64,000 nucleotides of DNA from Bacteroidales bacterium (GCA_019429365.1 JAHYJD010000004.1:26663-90662); one strand, 5' to 3'. Positions 8,944 through 20,075 are shown, numbered from the stretch's first letter. Notes: generated by a model from the sequence alone, not told the origin. Program-made: numbers and translations.

Positions 8944-11073
8944 ATGTCTGAACATCTTTTCAAAAACATAGAGCTTAAGGTAGAGGGTATGAGCTGCACC
9001 AACTGTGCCCTTGGTATTAAGAAGTCGCTCGAAAAGGAAGGCTTTTCCAATGTGAATGCCGACTTTACCACCGACATGGTAACTTTTGAACTGGCCGATG
9101 AAAGCAGGTTGCCCCTTGCCGTAAAACGCATTGAGTCGCTTGGTTATTCAGTGGTTTTGCCCAACGAAGGTGAAATGGAACAGAAAAAGCCAGGTCTTTC
9201 AAGCATTGAGAAAAAGTTTTGGTTTACGGCCATTTTTACAGTGCCGCTTATTCTTGCCATGTTTATCCCGGTGCCAATTCTGCACAACGACTTGTTTCAA
9301 CTGGCCCTTACCATTCCTGTTTTTTCGGTGGGTTTCTGGCATTTCGGCCGGAGTGCTTTCAATAGCCTGCGCTCCGGTGTTACCAATATGGATGTGCTGA
9401 TTTTCCTGGGCAGCACTGCCGCTTTTGTTTACAGCCTAATTGGCACTATTAGCGGGCTGGGGCACGATTACATGTTCTACGAAACTTCGGCTTCAATTAT
9501 CAGCATCGTGCTATTGGGCAATATGCTCGAGCATCGTTCAGTAAAAAAAACTACCAGCGCAGTGGACGATCTGGTTAGACTACAGAAAAACGCTGCTAAA
9601 CGCATTCTGAGGTCAAGCAATGGGATTGGTGAGCAAATTGAAGAAGTGGATGCTTCGCTCATTGAAACCGGTGAGCGGGTACTGGTCAACTCGGGTGACA
9701 AGATCCCTGTTGATGGAGAAATTTACTGGGGGCATGGCAGCATTGACGAAGGAATGATTTCGGGCGAAAGCCTGCCCGTTGATAAAACTGCCGGCGATAA
9801 AGTGGTTGGCGGAACCATATTGGTTTCGGGCAACATAAAAGTGAAAACTACCGCCACGGGAAAGGATACCGTGCTTTCGCAGATCATTGAAATGGTGCGC
9901 AGCGCCCAGCAGGATAAACCAAAACTTCAGAATCTTGCAGATAAGATCAGCGCCATTTTTGTTCCTACAGTAGTGGGGCTTGCCCTGCTTACCATGGGTG
10001 GCTGGCTGCTTTTCAGCGACCTTCCTTTCCGCGATGCCCTAATGCGCGGAGTGGCCGTGCTGGTTATTGCCTGTCCTTGTGCACTGGGTCTTGCTATTCC
10101 AACGGCTGTGGTGGTTGGGTTGGGTCGTATGGCAAAAAGTGGTATCCTGATCAAAGGAGGTTCTTCCATTGATAAATTTGCTGGAATCGATACCATAGTG
10201 TTTGATAAAACAGGCACGCTTACCACCGGAAAATTTGCCGTTAAGCGCCTGCAAACATTTAATATTTCCGAAAACGAGGCTGGTACCATTATTTATAGTC
10301 TCGAAAAGCATTCCTCTCATCCCATTGCTATTGCGCTTGCTGATCATTTCCGCGGAAGCGGCGAGATAGCATTTGAAAGCGTAACCGAAGAGAAGGGGCT
10401 TGGGATAAAGGCTTCAGGTGCGGATGGACGCACTTTCCAGGCGGGCTCGTATTCAATTGCTGCTGCGCTTACCGATGACGACTCCCATAATGTGTATCTG
10501 GTGGTGGACGGCAAACTTGCGGGCTGGCTCGACATTGAAGACGAGATTAAGCCCGAAGCTGCAGAAGCCATTCAGTTTCTGAAAAGCAAAGGGGTAAAAA
10601 CCGTATTACTCAGTGGCGACCGCCGCCAGCGTTGCGAAGAAGTGGCCGAAATCCTTGGTATTGAAGAAGTTTATGCCGAGCAGTTACCCGACCAGAAACT
10701 TGATGTGATCAGCTCACTTTCGCAGTCAGGACGTGTGGGCATGGTGGGCGATGGCATAAACGATGCGCCAGCCCTGGCGCGCGCTGATGTGGGCATTAGC
10801 ATGAGTGATGCCACCCAGGTGGCCGTGAAATCGGCCGAAGTGGTGCTGCTAAAGGGCAATCTTAGGCTCCTCTCAAAAGCCTTTGCTGCTACACGAACCA
10901 CATTGAGAACTATCAAAGAAAACCTATTCTGGGCTTTCTTTTATAACGTGGCAGCCATACCTTTTGCCATGGCTGGATTTCTTACCCCAATGGTGGCAGC
11001 TGCTGCAATGGCGTTTTCCGACATTATCGTGGTGGGTAACTCCCTCCGGCTAAAAAGAAGAAAACTGAAGTAA
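8944..11073 (+). CDS. copA: P1B heavy-metal (probably Cu+) translocating P-type ATPase
   Basis: HMA motif GMSCTNC; CPC; DKTGT; HP; GDGINDAP; YN in TM7. Confidence 0.9.
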   Translation: MSEHLFKNIELKVEGMSCTNCALGIKKSLEKEGFSNVNADFTTDMVTFELADESRLPLAVKRIESLGYSVVLPNEGEMEQKKPGLSSIEKKFWFTAIFTVPLILAMFIPVPILHNDLFQLALTIPVFSVGFWHFGRSAFNSLRSGVTNMDVLIFLGSTAAFVYSLIGTISGLGHDYMFYETSASIISIVLLGNMLEHRSVKKTTSAVDDLVRLQKNAAKRILRSSNGIGEQIEEVDASLIETGERVLVNSGDKIPVDGEIYWGHGSIDEGMISGESLPVDKTAGDKVVGGTILVSGNIKVKTTATGKDTVLSQIIEMVRSAQQDKPKLQNLADKISAIFVPTVVGLALLTMGGWLLFSDLPFRDALMRGVAVLVIACPCALGLAIPTAVVVGLGRMAKSGILIKGGSSIDKFAGIDTIVFDKTGTLTTGKFAVKRLQTFNISENEAGTIIYSLEKHSSHPIAIALADHFRGSGEIAFESVTEEKGLGIKASGADGRTFQAGSYSIAAALTDDDSHNVYLVVDGKLAGWLDIEDEIKPEAAEAIQFLKSKGVKTVLLSGDRRQRCEEVAEILGIEEVYAEQLPDQKLDVISSLSQSGRVGMVGDGINDAPALARADVGISMSDATQVAVKSAEVVLLKGNLRLLSKAFAATRTTLRTIKENLFWAFFYNVAAIPFAMAGFLTPMVAAAAMAFSDIIVVGNSLRLKRRKLK

Positions 11074-11106
11074 AAAAAAGCCCCGGAAATTTTCCAGGGC
11101 TTTTTT
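11072..11106. terminator. Bidirectional intrinsic terminator between copA and rho
   Basis: AAAAAAAAGCCC.GGAAA/TTTCC.GGGCTTTTTT. Confidence 0.85.
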
Positions 11107-11121
11107 AATTGAACGGTTTGA

Positions 11122-13152
11122 TTATCCATTCATTGACATCAGAAACTCTTCGTTGCTCTTGGTATGCTTAATGCGGTCGAGCAGAAACTCCATGGCTTCC
11201 ATGGGCGTCATGTCGTTTATGAATTTACGTAAAACCCAAATGCGGTTCATCATGTCTTTGTCGAGCAGCAGGTCTTCGCGGCGGGTACCTGAGGATACGA
11301 TGTCGATGGAAGGGAATATACGTTTGTTCGACAGTCGGCGGTCGAGTTGAAGTTCCATATTTCCTGTTCCCTTAAACTCCTCAAAGATTACTTCATCCAT
11401 TTTGGAGCCAGTGTCGATCAGGGCGGTGGCTATGATAGAAAGTGAACCGCCATTTTCGATGTTGCGGGCTGCACCGAAGAACCGTTTGGGTTTGTGCAGG
11501 GCGTTGGCGTCCACACCACCCGAAAGGACCTTACCGGAGGCAGGTGCTACGGTGTTGAATGCGCGGGCCAGGCGTGTGATGCTGTCGAGCAGAATGACTA
11601 CGTCGTGACCGCATTCTACCATACGCTTTGCTTTTTCAAGTACAATACTTGCCACTTTCACATGCCTTTCGGCGGGCTCATCGAAGGTGGAGGAAATCAC
11701 TTCGGCCTTCACATTCCGGGCCATTTCGGTAACTTCCTCGGGTCGTTCATCAACCAGAAGCACGATCAGATAGGCTTCGGGGTGGTTGGCAGCAATGGCG
11801 TTTGCAATATCCTGCAGAAGAATAGTTTTACCGGTTTTGGGCTGTGCCACGATCAGTCCGCGTTGTCCCTTGCCTATGGGCGAAAACATATCAATTACAC
11901 GGCACGAAAGTGTTTCGCTCGAATGCCCGGTAAGATTAAACTTTTCATCCGGGAACAATGGTGTAAGGAAGTCGAAAGGAACCCTGTCGCGCACCACTGC
12001 TGGGTCGCGGCCGTTAATTTTTTCCACTTTAATAAGCGGAAAATACTTTTCATTTTCTTTAGGGGGGCGAATGCCACCACGAACGGTGTCGCCGGTTTTC
12101 AAACCAAAAAGTTTAATCTGGCTTTGCGAAACGTAAATGTCGTCGGGGGAATTCAGGTAGTTATAATCCGAGGAGCGCATAAATCCGTAGCCATCGGGCA
12201 TGATTTCGAGTACCCCTTCGGCAATGATGATGCCATCAAATTCATAAATTGGTTCGCCTGTGCGACGGTCGAAACCTTTTGGTTTAAATTGGTCCTTCTC
12301 CTGTGATTGAGTATCGCCGTTTTCAGATTTTTGTTCCTCCTTTGGCGTTTCTTTGGTTTCGGGATTTTTTTTAATAACCTCTGGTGCTTCTGCGCGCTGG
12401 TTGCTTTCGTTTATTACCTCACCCTCTTCAATCAGGTTGGTGGGTTCTTTGGTAAGCTCGTCTTCCAGGGGCACTTTTTTGCTTGCTTCCTGATCGCTGG
12501 GGCGCTGGTGGCGGTTTGCGTGCACTCCAGCCGGCCGTGGTTCGCGCTGTTGGGAATCGCGCTGTTGGGGATCGCGCTGTTGGGGATCGCGCTGTTGGGG
12601 ATCGCGCTGCTGGGGATCTCGTTGTTGGGGGTCGCGTGGCTTTTGCTGGTCGCGTTTTTCCCATGGCGGACGCTGCTGGTTGCGCTGATCGGGGCGTTGC
12701 TGGTTGTCGCGTTGCTGGTTGTCTCTTTGTTGGTTGTCCCGTGGTCGATTATCGCGGGGTTGATTATCGCGGGGTTGCTGCCGTTGTTCCTGGTTGTCGC
12801 GCGGTCCACGTTGTGCCTGGGGTTCCTGTTTTTCGCGGGGTTCCTGTGTTTCGCGTTTTTCTTTGGGCTCCTGTGGTTCACGTTTCCCTTTGGCATCGCG
12901 CTTGTTTTTATCGTCGCGCCTTTCGGCCGTTGAGGAACCGGCAGGAATGCGTTTTCGGGGGCGCTGGCCAGCCGCGTCCAGACTATTTTCTGTTTTAAGC
13001 GTTTCCGCGGGGGGATTTACCGCCTGGGCATCGAGAATCTGATAAATAAGATCCTGTTTCTTGTAAGACTCAACCCTTTTTATTTTCAACTCCTTGGCAA
13101 TTTCGCGGAGCTCGGTGAGCAGCTTACTGTTTAATGCAACAATGTCATACAT
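11122..13152 (-). CDS. rho: Transcription termination factor Rho with a long Q/R/D/P-rich N-terminal insertion
   Basis: [54 protein letters not shown]. Confidence 0.98.
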   Translation of the reverse strand: MYDIVALNSKLLTELREIAKELKIKRVESYKKQDLIYQILDAQAVNPPAETLKTENSLDAAGQRPRKRIPAGSSTAERRDDKNKRDAKGKREPQEPKEKRETQEPREKQEPQAQRGPRDNQEQRQQPRDNQPRDNRPRDNQQRDNQQRDNQQRPDQRNQQRPPWEKRDQQKPRDPQQRDPQQRDPQQRDPQQRDPQQRDSQQREPRPAGVHANRHQRPSDQEASKKVPLEDELTKEPTNLIEEGEVINESNQRAEAPEVIKKNPETKETPKEEQKSENGDTQSQEKDQFKPKGFDRRTGEPIYEFDGIIIAEGVLEIMPDGYGFMRSSDYNYLNSPDDIYVSQSQIKLFGLKTGDTVRGGIRPPKENEKYFPLIKVEKINGRDPAVVRDRVPFDFLTPLFPDEKFNLTGHSSETLSCRVIDMFSPIGKGQRGLIVAQPKTGKTILLQDIANAIAANHPEAYLIVLLVDERPEEVTEMARNVKAEVISSTFDEPAERHVKVASIVLEKAKRMVECGHDVVILLDSITRLARAFNTVAPASGKVLSGGVDANALHKPKRFFGAARNIENGGSLSIIATALIDTGSKMDEVIFEEFKGTGNMELQLDRRLSNKRIFPSIDIVSSGTRREDLLLDKDMMNRIWVLRKFINDMTPMEAMEFLLDRIKHTKSNEEFLMSMNG
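12530..12800 (-). repeat. 15-bp coding tandem repeats in rho: (RDPQQ)n and (RDNQQ/P)n
   Basis: gcgctgttggggatc-type units; protein [30 protein letters not shown]. Confidence 0.9.
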
Positions 13153-13351
13153 ATATTACTGTGATAAAATGATTATTCTTTTATTTTTTTTCTTTCTAAA
13201 CAAATACGAAAAAAACCGGGGAAATTGCTTTAGCCTGAATGCTGGCAATGCCCATTTTAAGCGCATCAGCCGGGGCTGCAACCTGATATAAACAAAGGCT
13301 TATGGTATTATTTAAAAGAAAAATTCAGAAACGAACGAAGGAATTGAAGTG

Positions 13352-13359
13352 CAAATATA
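13352..13359 (-). promoter_or_regulatory. -7 box for rho
   Basis: TATATTTG(CA) on the minus strand, about 200 nt upstream of the rho ATG. Confidence 0.55.
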
Positions 13360-13456
13360 AATATAATTTGAATTACAAAAAAATATTACGTCTTTTAATA
13401 CAGGTGAGCCTGCTATTAGTTAAAGAGGTATGTTTTTATTGTATGTAACATTTTTA

Positions 13457-13464
13457 TACTTTTG
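13457..13464 (+). promoter_or_regulatory. -7 box for the DUF4293 gene
   Basis: TACTTTTG(CA). Confidence 0.55.
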
Positions 13465-13495
13465 CATAAATCTGAACCCATAAAACCCCAAAACT

Positions 13496-13966
13496 ATGCT
13501 TCAGCGCATTCAGTCTGTTTTTCTTACCCTGGTGTTAGTATTTGCTGTGCTTTTTGTGTTTTTGCCGCTTGGAAAGTTCGACCTTGAAGGGCTGAAAATT
13601 GCCCTGAAGGTAACAGGCCTCGAAAGCTCAGCCAATATCCCTGCGGAGTTCGGTCAGAGTTGGTATGGTTATGTGCTTTTAATTCTGGTGTTTGGTATTA
13701 TGGTGCTGACCGTTTTTTCCATTTTTCAGTTTAAGCGCCGGTTGTACCAGATTCAGCTCGGAAAGTTTAATATTTTATTGCACGTTGGACTTGTGGTTAC
13801 GGCATTCTTTTTTACAGATCAGTGGCAAGACAACCTGCCCAATCTGCCCTTTAGCTATGGGGCCGGAATAGTCCTCCCGTTGGTGGCCATGATACTGATT
13901 TTAATGGCTAACCGGGCCATAAAAAAGGATGATGAGCTGGTGCGCTCAGCCGACCGCATCCGCTGA
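13496..13966 (+). CDS. DUF4293 family membrane protein
   Basis: MLQRIQSVFL start and AIKKDDELVRSADRIR end; 4 TM helices; this family is commonly divergent from rho in Bacteroidota. Confidence 0.88.
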   Translation: MLQRIQSVFLTLVLVFAVLFVFLPLGKFDLEGLKIALKVTGLESSANIPAEFGQSWYGYVLLILVFGIMVLTVFSIFQFKRRLYQIQLGKFNILLHVGLVVTAFFFTDQWQDNLPNLPFSYGAGIVLPLVAMILILMANRAIKKDDELVRSADRIR

Positions 13967-15040
13967 TCAGTCCTCCATTCTTTTGATAATATAATCAGAG
14001 TTGAAGAGCCCCAGGGCTCCCATGTACTTTAGCTTGAACTTTATAAAGTCGCCAACCTTATACTTTTTCGGGTTGGTGCCCAGGTCAATTACCAAAATGT
14101 CTGAGCTGGCCCCGGCAATTTTCAGGTTTTTGTCCTGTGGTATCAGGAAATCGGGCGTTATGTCAAGCAAGCCAATGTCGAGCAAAGCCCTGAAAGAAGT
14201 CTTTCCGTAATCTTCACTTTTTATTTCGTAAGTCTCTCCGGAAGGGTTTTCCTGCATCACGCCCTCGGGCACCAGGGGCTTTTCCTGCAACTCTATAATC
14301 TCCGCCTTGGTAATAATCACATCGTCCTTCATGCCCTTTATGGTTTTTCCGGTAAACAGGTTGGCGCCAAAAAAGAGGGTTTCGCCAACCCTGAGGTGAT
14401 TAACCCCGGCAGGAATTTGTTTTTTGAAAAGCAAGGGTATGGTGACCGAAGAGCCACCCGAGATCCATTTTATTTTTTTGTTAAACCTCAGTTCTATGAT
14501 TTGTTTGTAGAGGCTCAACTGAACCAGCTTGTCGTGCGATGGCATTACGCCGTAAAGGCAGTTGAGGTTGGTGCCCAGGCCGATAATCTCCAGGTTGGGC
14601 AGGCGAAATACCTTTTCGTAAAACTCCACAAGGTTTTCACCCAGCACGCCTTCGCGCAAATCGCCCATCTCCACCATGATTATGGCTTTGTGCTGCCTGC
14701 CCTGCTTAACGGCTTCTTTCGAAATCAATTCGAGGGTATGGTAGTCGGTATTAAAGCTCACATCAGCATATTTAACCAGGCTGCGAATGCTGCGCCGGGG
14801 CGGGGGCTTAATGTAAACCGTTTGAACATCGGGAGCAAGTTGCTTAATGTGTTTTAGATTGCTAATGCGCGAATCGTGCAACTCCTTTACACCCAGATCG
14901 ATAAGTTCTTTCAGGAAAAGCTTGTTGCCACAGAGCAGTTTCGAAACTATGCCCCATTCAATATTGTTACTTTCCAGCAGGTTTTGCAGGAATTCAAAAT
15001 TGTGCCGGAGCTTGCTTCGACTTAAACTAATTTCTGCCAT
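13967..15040 (-). CDS. Alanine/ornithine racemase family PLP-dependent enzyme (Orr-like)
   Basis: VSKLLCG (PLP lysine), DSRISNL, MGDLREG, GTNLNCLYG, SGGSS, NHLRVGE, GASSD. Confidence 0.88.
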   Translation of the reverse strand: MAEISLSRSKLRHNFEFLQNLLESNNIEWGIVSKLLCGNKLFLKELIDLGVKELHDSRISNLKHIKQLAPDVQTVYIKPPPRRSIRSLVKYADVSFNTDYHTLELISKEAVKQGRQHKAIIMVEMGDLREGVLGENLVEFYEKVFRLPNLEIIGLGTNLNCLYGVMPSHDKLVQLSLYKQIIELRFNKKIKWISGGSSVTIPLLFKKQIPAGVNHLRVGETLFFGANLFTGKTIKGMKDDVIITKAEIIELQEKPLVPEGVMQENPSGETYEIKSEDYGKTSFRALLDIGLLDITPDFLIPQDKNLKIAGASSDILVIDLGTNPKKYKVGDFIKFKLKYMGALGLFNSDYIIKRMED

Positions 15041-15054
15041 TACTTTTTGGGGAA

Positions 15055-15492
15055 TTAGCGCATTAGGCGCATTTCAAGGTATTTGCTGGTAAATCCAAGT
15101 TTTTCGTAAAGGAAACGGGCCGGATTTTCGGGCTCCACGTGCAGCTTAATACTTCCTTCGGCCTGGTCGAAGGTTTTTTGCATCAGGGTTTTTCCAAGCC
15201 CTTTGCCGCGGTAATCTTTGTGCACTGCAATATAAACCAGGATATTCTCAGGAATATAGCCAGCCATACCGGTTTTGTTTACCACAACGGCTCCGGCCAC
15301 TTTTTCGTTTTCTTTGGCTACAACAACAAAGCCACCAAATTTGGTTTTTTCGTCCATGGCAAAGTCGATGCAGCGCATAATAGCTCCATGCTCGTCGCCA
15401 AACTGATCGAGGTGTTCGAAAAGGAAATCTGCTACTTCTTTTTTCTGAGCATGAGAAATATTATCCTTTGGTGTGTAAATCTGGTAATCCAT
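15055..15492 (-). CDS. GNAT N-acetyltransferase
   Basis: VYIAVHKDYRGKGLGK motif A; NPARFLYEKLGF. Confidence 0.92.
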   Translation of the reverse strand: MDYQIYTPKDNISHAQKKEVADFLFEHLDQFGDEHGAIMRCIDFAMDEKTKFGGFVVVAKENEKVAGAVVVNKTGMAGYIPENILVYIAVHKDYRGKGLGKTLMQKTFDQAEGSIKLHVEPENPARFLYEKLGFTSKYLEMRLMR

Positions 15493-15499
15493 AATGTGT

Positions 15500-16924
15500 T
15501 TATTTTTTTAGCAAGTTAATAATTAAAAAGGTTAAAAAGGAGATGCTAATGCCAAAAATGTTGGCATCAAGTCCCAGTGGCAGGTCCCAACGGCCAGCTA
15601 TCAGGGTTATGGTGGTGCCGCCTCCCAGCAACATGGCCCAGAATGCAGCGGCGTTTGATGGGTGTTTCATAAAAAGGGCGCCAATTACAGGCACGAACAA
15701 TCCAGAGACCATAAAAGCATAACTGTACAGCATCAATTCAAGAACGTTTGGCATTACAGATGCCAGCATCAATGCCAGCACACCGAGCACCAGGGTAAGT
15801 GCCTGGGAAATGAGCAAGAATTTTTTCTTTCCGGTAATATTTTTGGTCCACCTGGAGAGAATATCCGTGAGGAAATTTCCTGAAGAAGCCATCAGGCAAC
15901 TGTCGGCGGTAGACATTATTGCCGAAAAATAAGCAGCCATCATTAGCCCCATTAGGCCAACGGGCAAAACAGTCCTGAGCAACAAGGGCAAACCCATTTC
16001 AGCATCAATTTCGCTGGCGGTTGCGTATCCAAGGTATTCAAACAATCCCTGCGAAACAGCCACCCGGGCAAACAAACCCAGCAAAACGCCCATAAAAGCC
16101 ATAATGGGCCATTCGAAAAGGCCTGCCACAAACCAGGCTTTTTGCGCTTCGCGCTTGTTGCGCGATGCATAAATGCGCTGGTAGAGGGTCATACCCACAA
16201 ACCAAATCGGAATAATGGTCACCCCCCAGTTGAGCAATTGTTGCCAGCTAATGTTGGCCAGGCTAAAAAATTTGGCTGGCAGCGCAGCACTGATCCCTTC
16301 CATGCCACCCAGGCTGAAAAATGCAACCGGGATGCCAATAAAAATGAGCCCGACCATTAAAATAATCCACTGAATGGTGTCGGTGTAAATGACCGCTTTT
16401 ATGCCACCCATGGCCGTGTAAATGATCACAATAACACCCATGATGATCAGGGCCGTTTGTAAGTCGAGTTGAATAAAAGTGGCTGATGCCAGTTTGGCCC
16501 CTGCCAGTATTTGTGAGCTGGTAAAGCCAAGATAGCCGATGGCTGAAATGATACCCGCCATAAGGGCCACCCGCTTGTTGTAAAAACTACCCAAAAATTG
16601 CGGAAACGTAAATAAACTTCTTGTTTGCTCCAGTTTTTTTACTCTTGGAATGAGCAAAACAGCGCTAAGCCAGGCACCAAGCAAACCGGTAAATAGCATC
16701 CATGAGCCCGCAATGCCCATAATAAACCCAAGACCTCCAAGTCCAATGGAAAATCCCCCGCCCACATCGGTGGCTACCACCGACAGCCCTATATGCCAGC
16801 TTCCAATTTTTCGGCCACCCACATAATAGTCTTCAATGCCCTTATTTAGCAGGAGAAAACGTACTCCTATCCCGATTACTGCAAACATGTAAACGGAAAA
16901 AATGAGCAGGTCAATAAAATGCAT
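15500..16924 (-). CDS. Sodium:solute symporter (SSS) family transporter
   Basis: DYYVGGR, YTAMGGIKAVIYTDTIQ, YQRIYAS, SAIMSTADS; about 13 TM helices. Confidence 0.92.
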   Translation of the reverse strand: MHFIDLLIFSVYMFAVIGIGVRFLLLNKGIEDYYVGGRKIGSWHIGLSVVATDVGGGFSIGLGGLGFIMGIAGSWMLFTGLLGAWLSAVLLIPRVKKLEQTRSLFTFPQFLGSFYNKRVALMAGIISAIGYLGFTSSQILAGAKLASATFIQLDLQTALIIMGVIVIIYTAMGGIKAVIYTDTIQWIILMVGLIFIGIPVAFFSLGGMEGISAALPAKFFSLANISWQQLLNWGVTIIPIWFVGMTLYQRIYASRNKREAQKAWFVAGLFEWPIMAFMGVLLGLFARVAVSQGLFEYLGYATASEIDAEMGLPLLLRTVLPVGLMGLMMAAYFSAIMSTADSCLMASSGNFLTDILSRWTKNITGKKKFLLISQALTLVLGVLALMLASVMPNVLELMLYSYAFMVSGLFVPVIGALFMKHPSNAAAFWAMLLGGGTTITLIAGRWDLPLGLDANIFGISISFLTFLIINLLKK

Positions 16925-16952
16925 TAGATTTTTTTACAGACATTTAGATTTG

Positions 16953-16960
16953 CAAAGATA
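16953..16960 (-). promoter_or_regulatory. -7 box for the SSS-GNAT-racemase operon
   Basis: TATCTTTG(CA) on the minus strand. Confidence 0.6.
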
Positions 16961-17094
16961 ATAATATATACTAAAAAATCAAATTACATGTATTAGTAAG
17001 CTGAAAAACAGTTAATTATAAAAGGATATGATTAAATAATAAAACAAAAAGGAAAAAGGTTTATTTGGTTTACTTTTGTAGAAAAGAAGTCATT

Positions 17095-18039
17095 TTGATC
17101 TTTCCATGGGGCAATACGAGGCGCTTTAACTCCTGGGCCGACCAATGCAAGCAGCTTTATGGAAGCCGCGTGCAGCGCGTTTCGGTCAATGCCGGTTTTA
17201 CTTGCCCCAATCGCGATGGTACGGTAGGAACCGGAGGATGCACTTTTTGCAACAACGAAGGTTTTAGCCCCTCTTATTGCCATCCAGGTACACCCATTTT
17301 GCAACAACTCGATCAGGGTATTTCTTTTTTGAGGAAGCGCTATAAAAACCCCGAAATTTTTGTGGCCTATTTCCAGGCCTATACCAACACCCATGGTTCG
17401 CTTGAGCACCTTAAAGCAATTTATGGGCAGGCCTTGTCGCATCCAGAAATTCGCGGACTGGCCATTGGCACGCGCCCGGATTGTGTGGATGAAGAAAAAC
17501 TGGATTATTTCGCCAGCCTCGACAGGGATTATTTTATTACGGTGGAATACGGGCTGGAATCGTGTTACAATAAAACCCTCCTCAGGGTAAATCGCGGCCA
17601 TACCTTCGAGCAGAGTGTAAAGGCCATTGAGTTGACTGCCTCGCGGGGGCTGCATACCGGGGTGCATATCATTTTTGGCCTGCCGGGCGAAGACCGCATT
17701 CAAATGCTCGATCAGGCCGCAATGCTTTCGAATTTACCAATCAACACCATTAAGTTTCATCAGTTGCAAATCGTAAAAGGGACGCCTATGGCTCTCGAAT
17801 ATGCAAAGAATCCGGAGCATTTTCATCTTTTTACCCTTGAGGAATACGTGGATTTTATCGTTTCTTTTGCGGAAAGGCTGAGGCCCGGCATTAGCATTGA
17901 GCGATTTTCGGGTGAAGTTCCGCCGGCCTTCAATGCCGGAAAAAACTGGGGAGGTATTCGCAGCGACCAGGTGATTCATCTTATTGAAAAAAAGATGCTT
18001 GAGCTAAACACCTGGCAGGGGCGTCTTTGGGGCTATTGA
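17095..18039 (+). CDS. TIGR01212/YhcC-family radical SAM protein
   Basis: GFTCPNRDG..G.GGCTFC, YFQAYTNT, IGTRPDC, KFHQLQIVKGT. TTG at 17095 lies downstream of a TACTTTTG box at 17071. Confidence 0.9.
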   Translation: MIFPWGNTRRFNSWADQCKQLYGSRVQRVSVNAGFTCPNRDGTVGTGGCTFCNNEGFSPSYCHPGTPILQQLDQGISFLRKRYKNPEIFVAYFQAYTNTHGSLEHLKAIYGQALSHPEIRGLAIGTRPDCVDEEKLDYFASLDRDYFITVEYGLESCYNKTLLRVNRGHTFEQSVKAIELTASRGLHTGVHIIFGLPGEDRIQMLDQAAMLSNLPINTIKFHQLQIVKGTPMALEYAKNPEHFHLFTLEEYVDFIVSFAERLRPGISIERFSGEVPPAFNAGKNWGGIRSDQVIHLIEKKMLELNTWQGRLWGY

Positions 18040-18275
18040 ACAGTTGCTGTTGTTTTTTTGTTGCATAATTGTTTGAAGTTTAAACTCCAACATATTTCGG
18101 TTTTTGAAACCTGAAAGCGAGGCTGACTCAAAAGTTTGTTGTCATTTATCGGCCACTAAAATTCATTTGTTCACAAAGGGTTCTAAAAGAGATAATTAAT
18201 TTGTGAATCTTTAGCGCCTTTGTAGTCGATAAAGAATTTTGAATTCGCTTCGTTCATTTTCTAAACGCACATTCC

Positions 18276-19835
18276 ATGGATAATAACAACAATGGATTCG
18301 TATCGCGCTTTCTGGGAGGGATTGAGCGCGTTGGAAACAAATTGCCTCACCCTGGAGCATTGTTTGCATTTTTTGCTGTTGGCATAGTCATTTTGAGTGG
18401 CATCACCTCGCTGTTTACCATTTCGGCATTACACCCTGGTACGGGGCAAATTATAGAGCCAGTTAATCTTATGAGCCAGGAAGGTCTGCACCTGATCATG
18501 ACCCATATGGTCACCAACTTTACTTCTTTTGCCCCACTGGGCACTGTACTGGTAGCCATGCTTGGCATTGGCATCACCGAAGCCAGCGGCCTTATGTCCA
18601 CAGGATTGCGCCTGCTGGTTATTTCTGCACCCAAACGCTTGCTAACCTTTGCCATTGTTTTTGCTGGTATCCTTTCCAACACTGCCAGCGAAGTGGGCTA
18701 TGTGGTGCTGGTTCCCCTTGGTGGGATGATTTTTCTGGCCGTGGGGCGTAACCCTATAGCCGGCATTGCGGCTGCCTTTGCAGGGGTATCGGGTGGTTAT
18801 TCGGCCAACCTGCTGCTCGGAACTATAGACCCGTTGCTTGCCGGCCTTTCGGAAGAAGCAGCCCATATTATCGACAAAGCTTATACGGTTAACCCTGCAG
18901 CAAACTACTACTTTATGTTTGTGTCAACCTTTTTTATTGCCATAATGGGTACTTGGGTAACCGAAAAAATTGTGGTACCCCGCCTGGGTAAATATACCGG
19001 CGATGCCAAACCCGAGGAAATCAAAAAACTGGACGCCATGGAAAAGCGGGGTCTTAAGTTTGCTTTCTGGGCCTTCGTGGTGGTAGTGGTTCTGCTCTTT
19101 TGGAGCGTGGCACCGGTTGAAGCCGGTTTCTGGAAAAACATTCCCCTTTCGGGATTCATGCGCGACCCCGAAACGGGCGGCTTGCTGCGCTCGCCTTTCA
19201 TGAGCGGCATTGTGGCCATTATCTTTCTTACGGCAGCCGTGATGGGCATAGCCTATGGCATAGGAGCCAAAACCCTGCAAAGCAACTACGACGTAATCAA
19301 TGGCATGGGAAAATCCATGGCTACCTTGGGCACCTATATTGTGCTGGTATTTTTTGCGGCCCAGTTTGTAGCATATTTTAACTGGACCAACCTGGGGTTA
19401 ATATTTGCCATTAAGGGCGCCAATGTGATAAGCTCGCTGGGACTTGGCCGCATACCCCTTATGATTGCCCTGGTGCTCATTGCCGCCTTTATCAACCTGG
19501 TGGTTGGAAGTGCCAGCGCAAAATGGGCTATTCTGGCACCCGTATTTATCCCAATGTTTATGTTGCTCGGCTATTCGCCCGAATTTACTCAGTTGGCCTA
19601 CCGTGTGGGCGACAGCGTTACCAACGTAATCGCACCCATGATGTCGTACTTTGCCATGATCGTGGCATTTATTGAGCGCTACGACAAGAAAGCAGGCATC
19701 GGTACCATTGTGGCCACTATGCTGCCTTATACCCTGATCTTCCTTGCCGGTTGGATCATTATGCTTATAATCTGGATTACCGCCGGCCTGCCTATTGGTC
19801 CTGGTGCACCCTTATTCTACGAACTCCCGGCTTAA
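18276..19835 (+). CDS. AbgT family transporter
   Basis: [48 protein letters not shown]. Confidence 0.95.
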   Translation: MDNNNNGFVSRFLGGIERVGNKLPHPGALFAFFAVGIVILSGITSLFTISALHPGTGQIIEPVNLMSQEGLHLIMTHMVTNFTSFAPLGTVLVAMLGIGITEASGLMSTGLRLLVISAPKRLLTFAIVFAGILSNTASEVGYVVLVPLGGMIFLAVGRNPIAGIAAAFAGVSGGYSANLLLGTIDPLLAGLSEEAAHIIDKAYTVNPAANYYFMFVSTFFIAIMGTWVTEKIVVPRLGKYTGDAKPEEIKKLDAMEKRGLKFAFWAFVVVVVLLFWSVAPVEAGFWKNIPLSGFMRDPETGGLLRSPFMSGIVAIIFLTAAVMGIAYGIGAKTLQSNYDVINGMGKSMATLGTYIVLVFFAAQFVAYFNWTNLGLIFAIKGANVISSLGLGRIPLMIALVLIAAFINLVVGSASAKWAILAPVFIPMFMLLGYSPEFTQLAYRVGDSVTNVIAPMMSYFAMIVAFIERYDKKAGIGTIVATMLPYTLIFLAGWIIMLIIWITAGLPIGPGAPLFYELPA

Positions 19836-20075
19836 TTACCGGAGCTTCCTTTTCTTTTTTCGCTAATGGACGATCTTGCCTTTCTGGTTGGTCTGTATTT
19901 TACTTTTGCTGGAAAAAAATTATTATTTATTTAATTAGTTAATTTATTTTCCTATATTTATTCCCGAAATACTGTTTTGCCTTTATGTATATGTATTTCA
20001 GCATATTTTTTGATCATTTAAAGGTCAAAAATTTTCCATTAAACTATATCCTGCGGGAAAAACTAATAAGATATA

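Noticed and set aside
6271-11073. The BlaI/CopY-family gene as a copper regulator (CopY) of the nearby copA
   Set aside because: It lacks the C-terminal CxC metal motif and is coupled to an M56 remnant, which points to the BlaI type.
12530-12800. Possible CRISPR array (also considered for 47583-47774)
   Set aside because: The repeats are contiguous, in-frame coding units with no unique spacers and no cas genes.
12307-12998. Plus-strand ORFs with LLGIA and DRAVG repeats
   Set aside because: They are antisense shadows of the 15-bp repeats in rho.
18168-18210. TTCACAAA...TTTGTGAA as a Rex operator upstream of the AbgT gene
   Set aside because: The half-sites are in the wrong order and too far apart for TTGTGAA-N4-TTCACAA.
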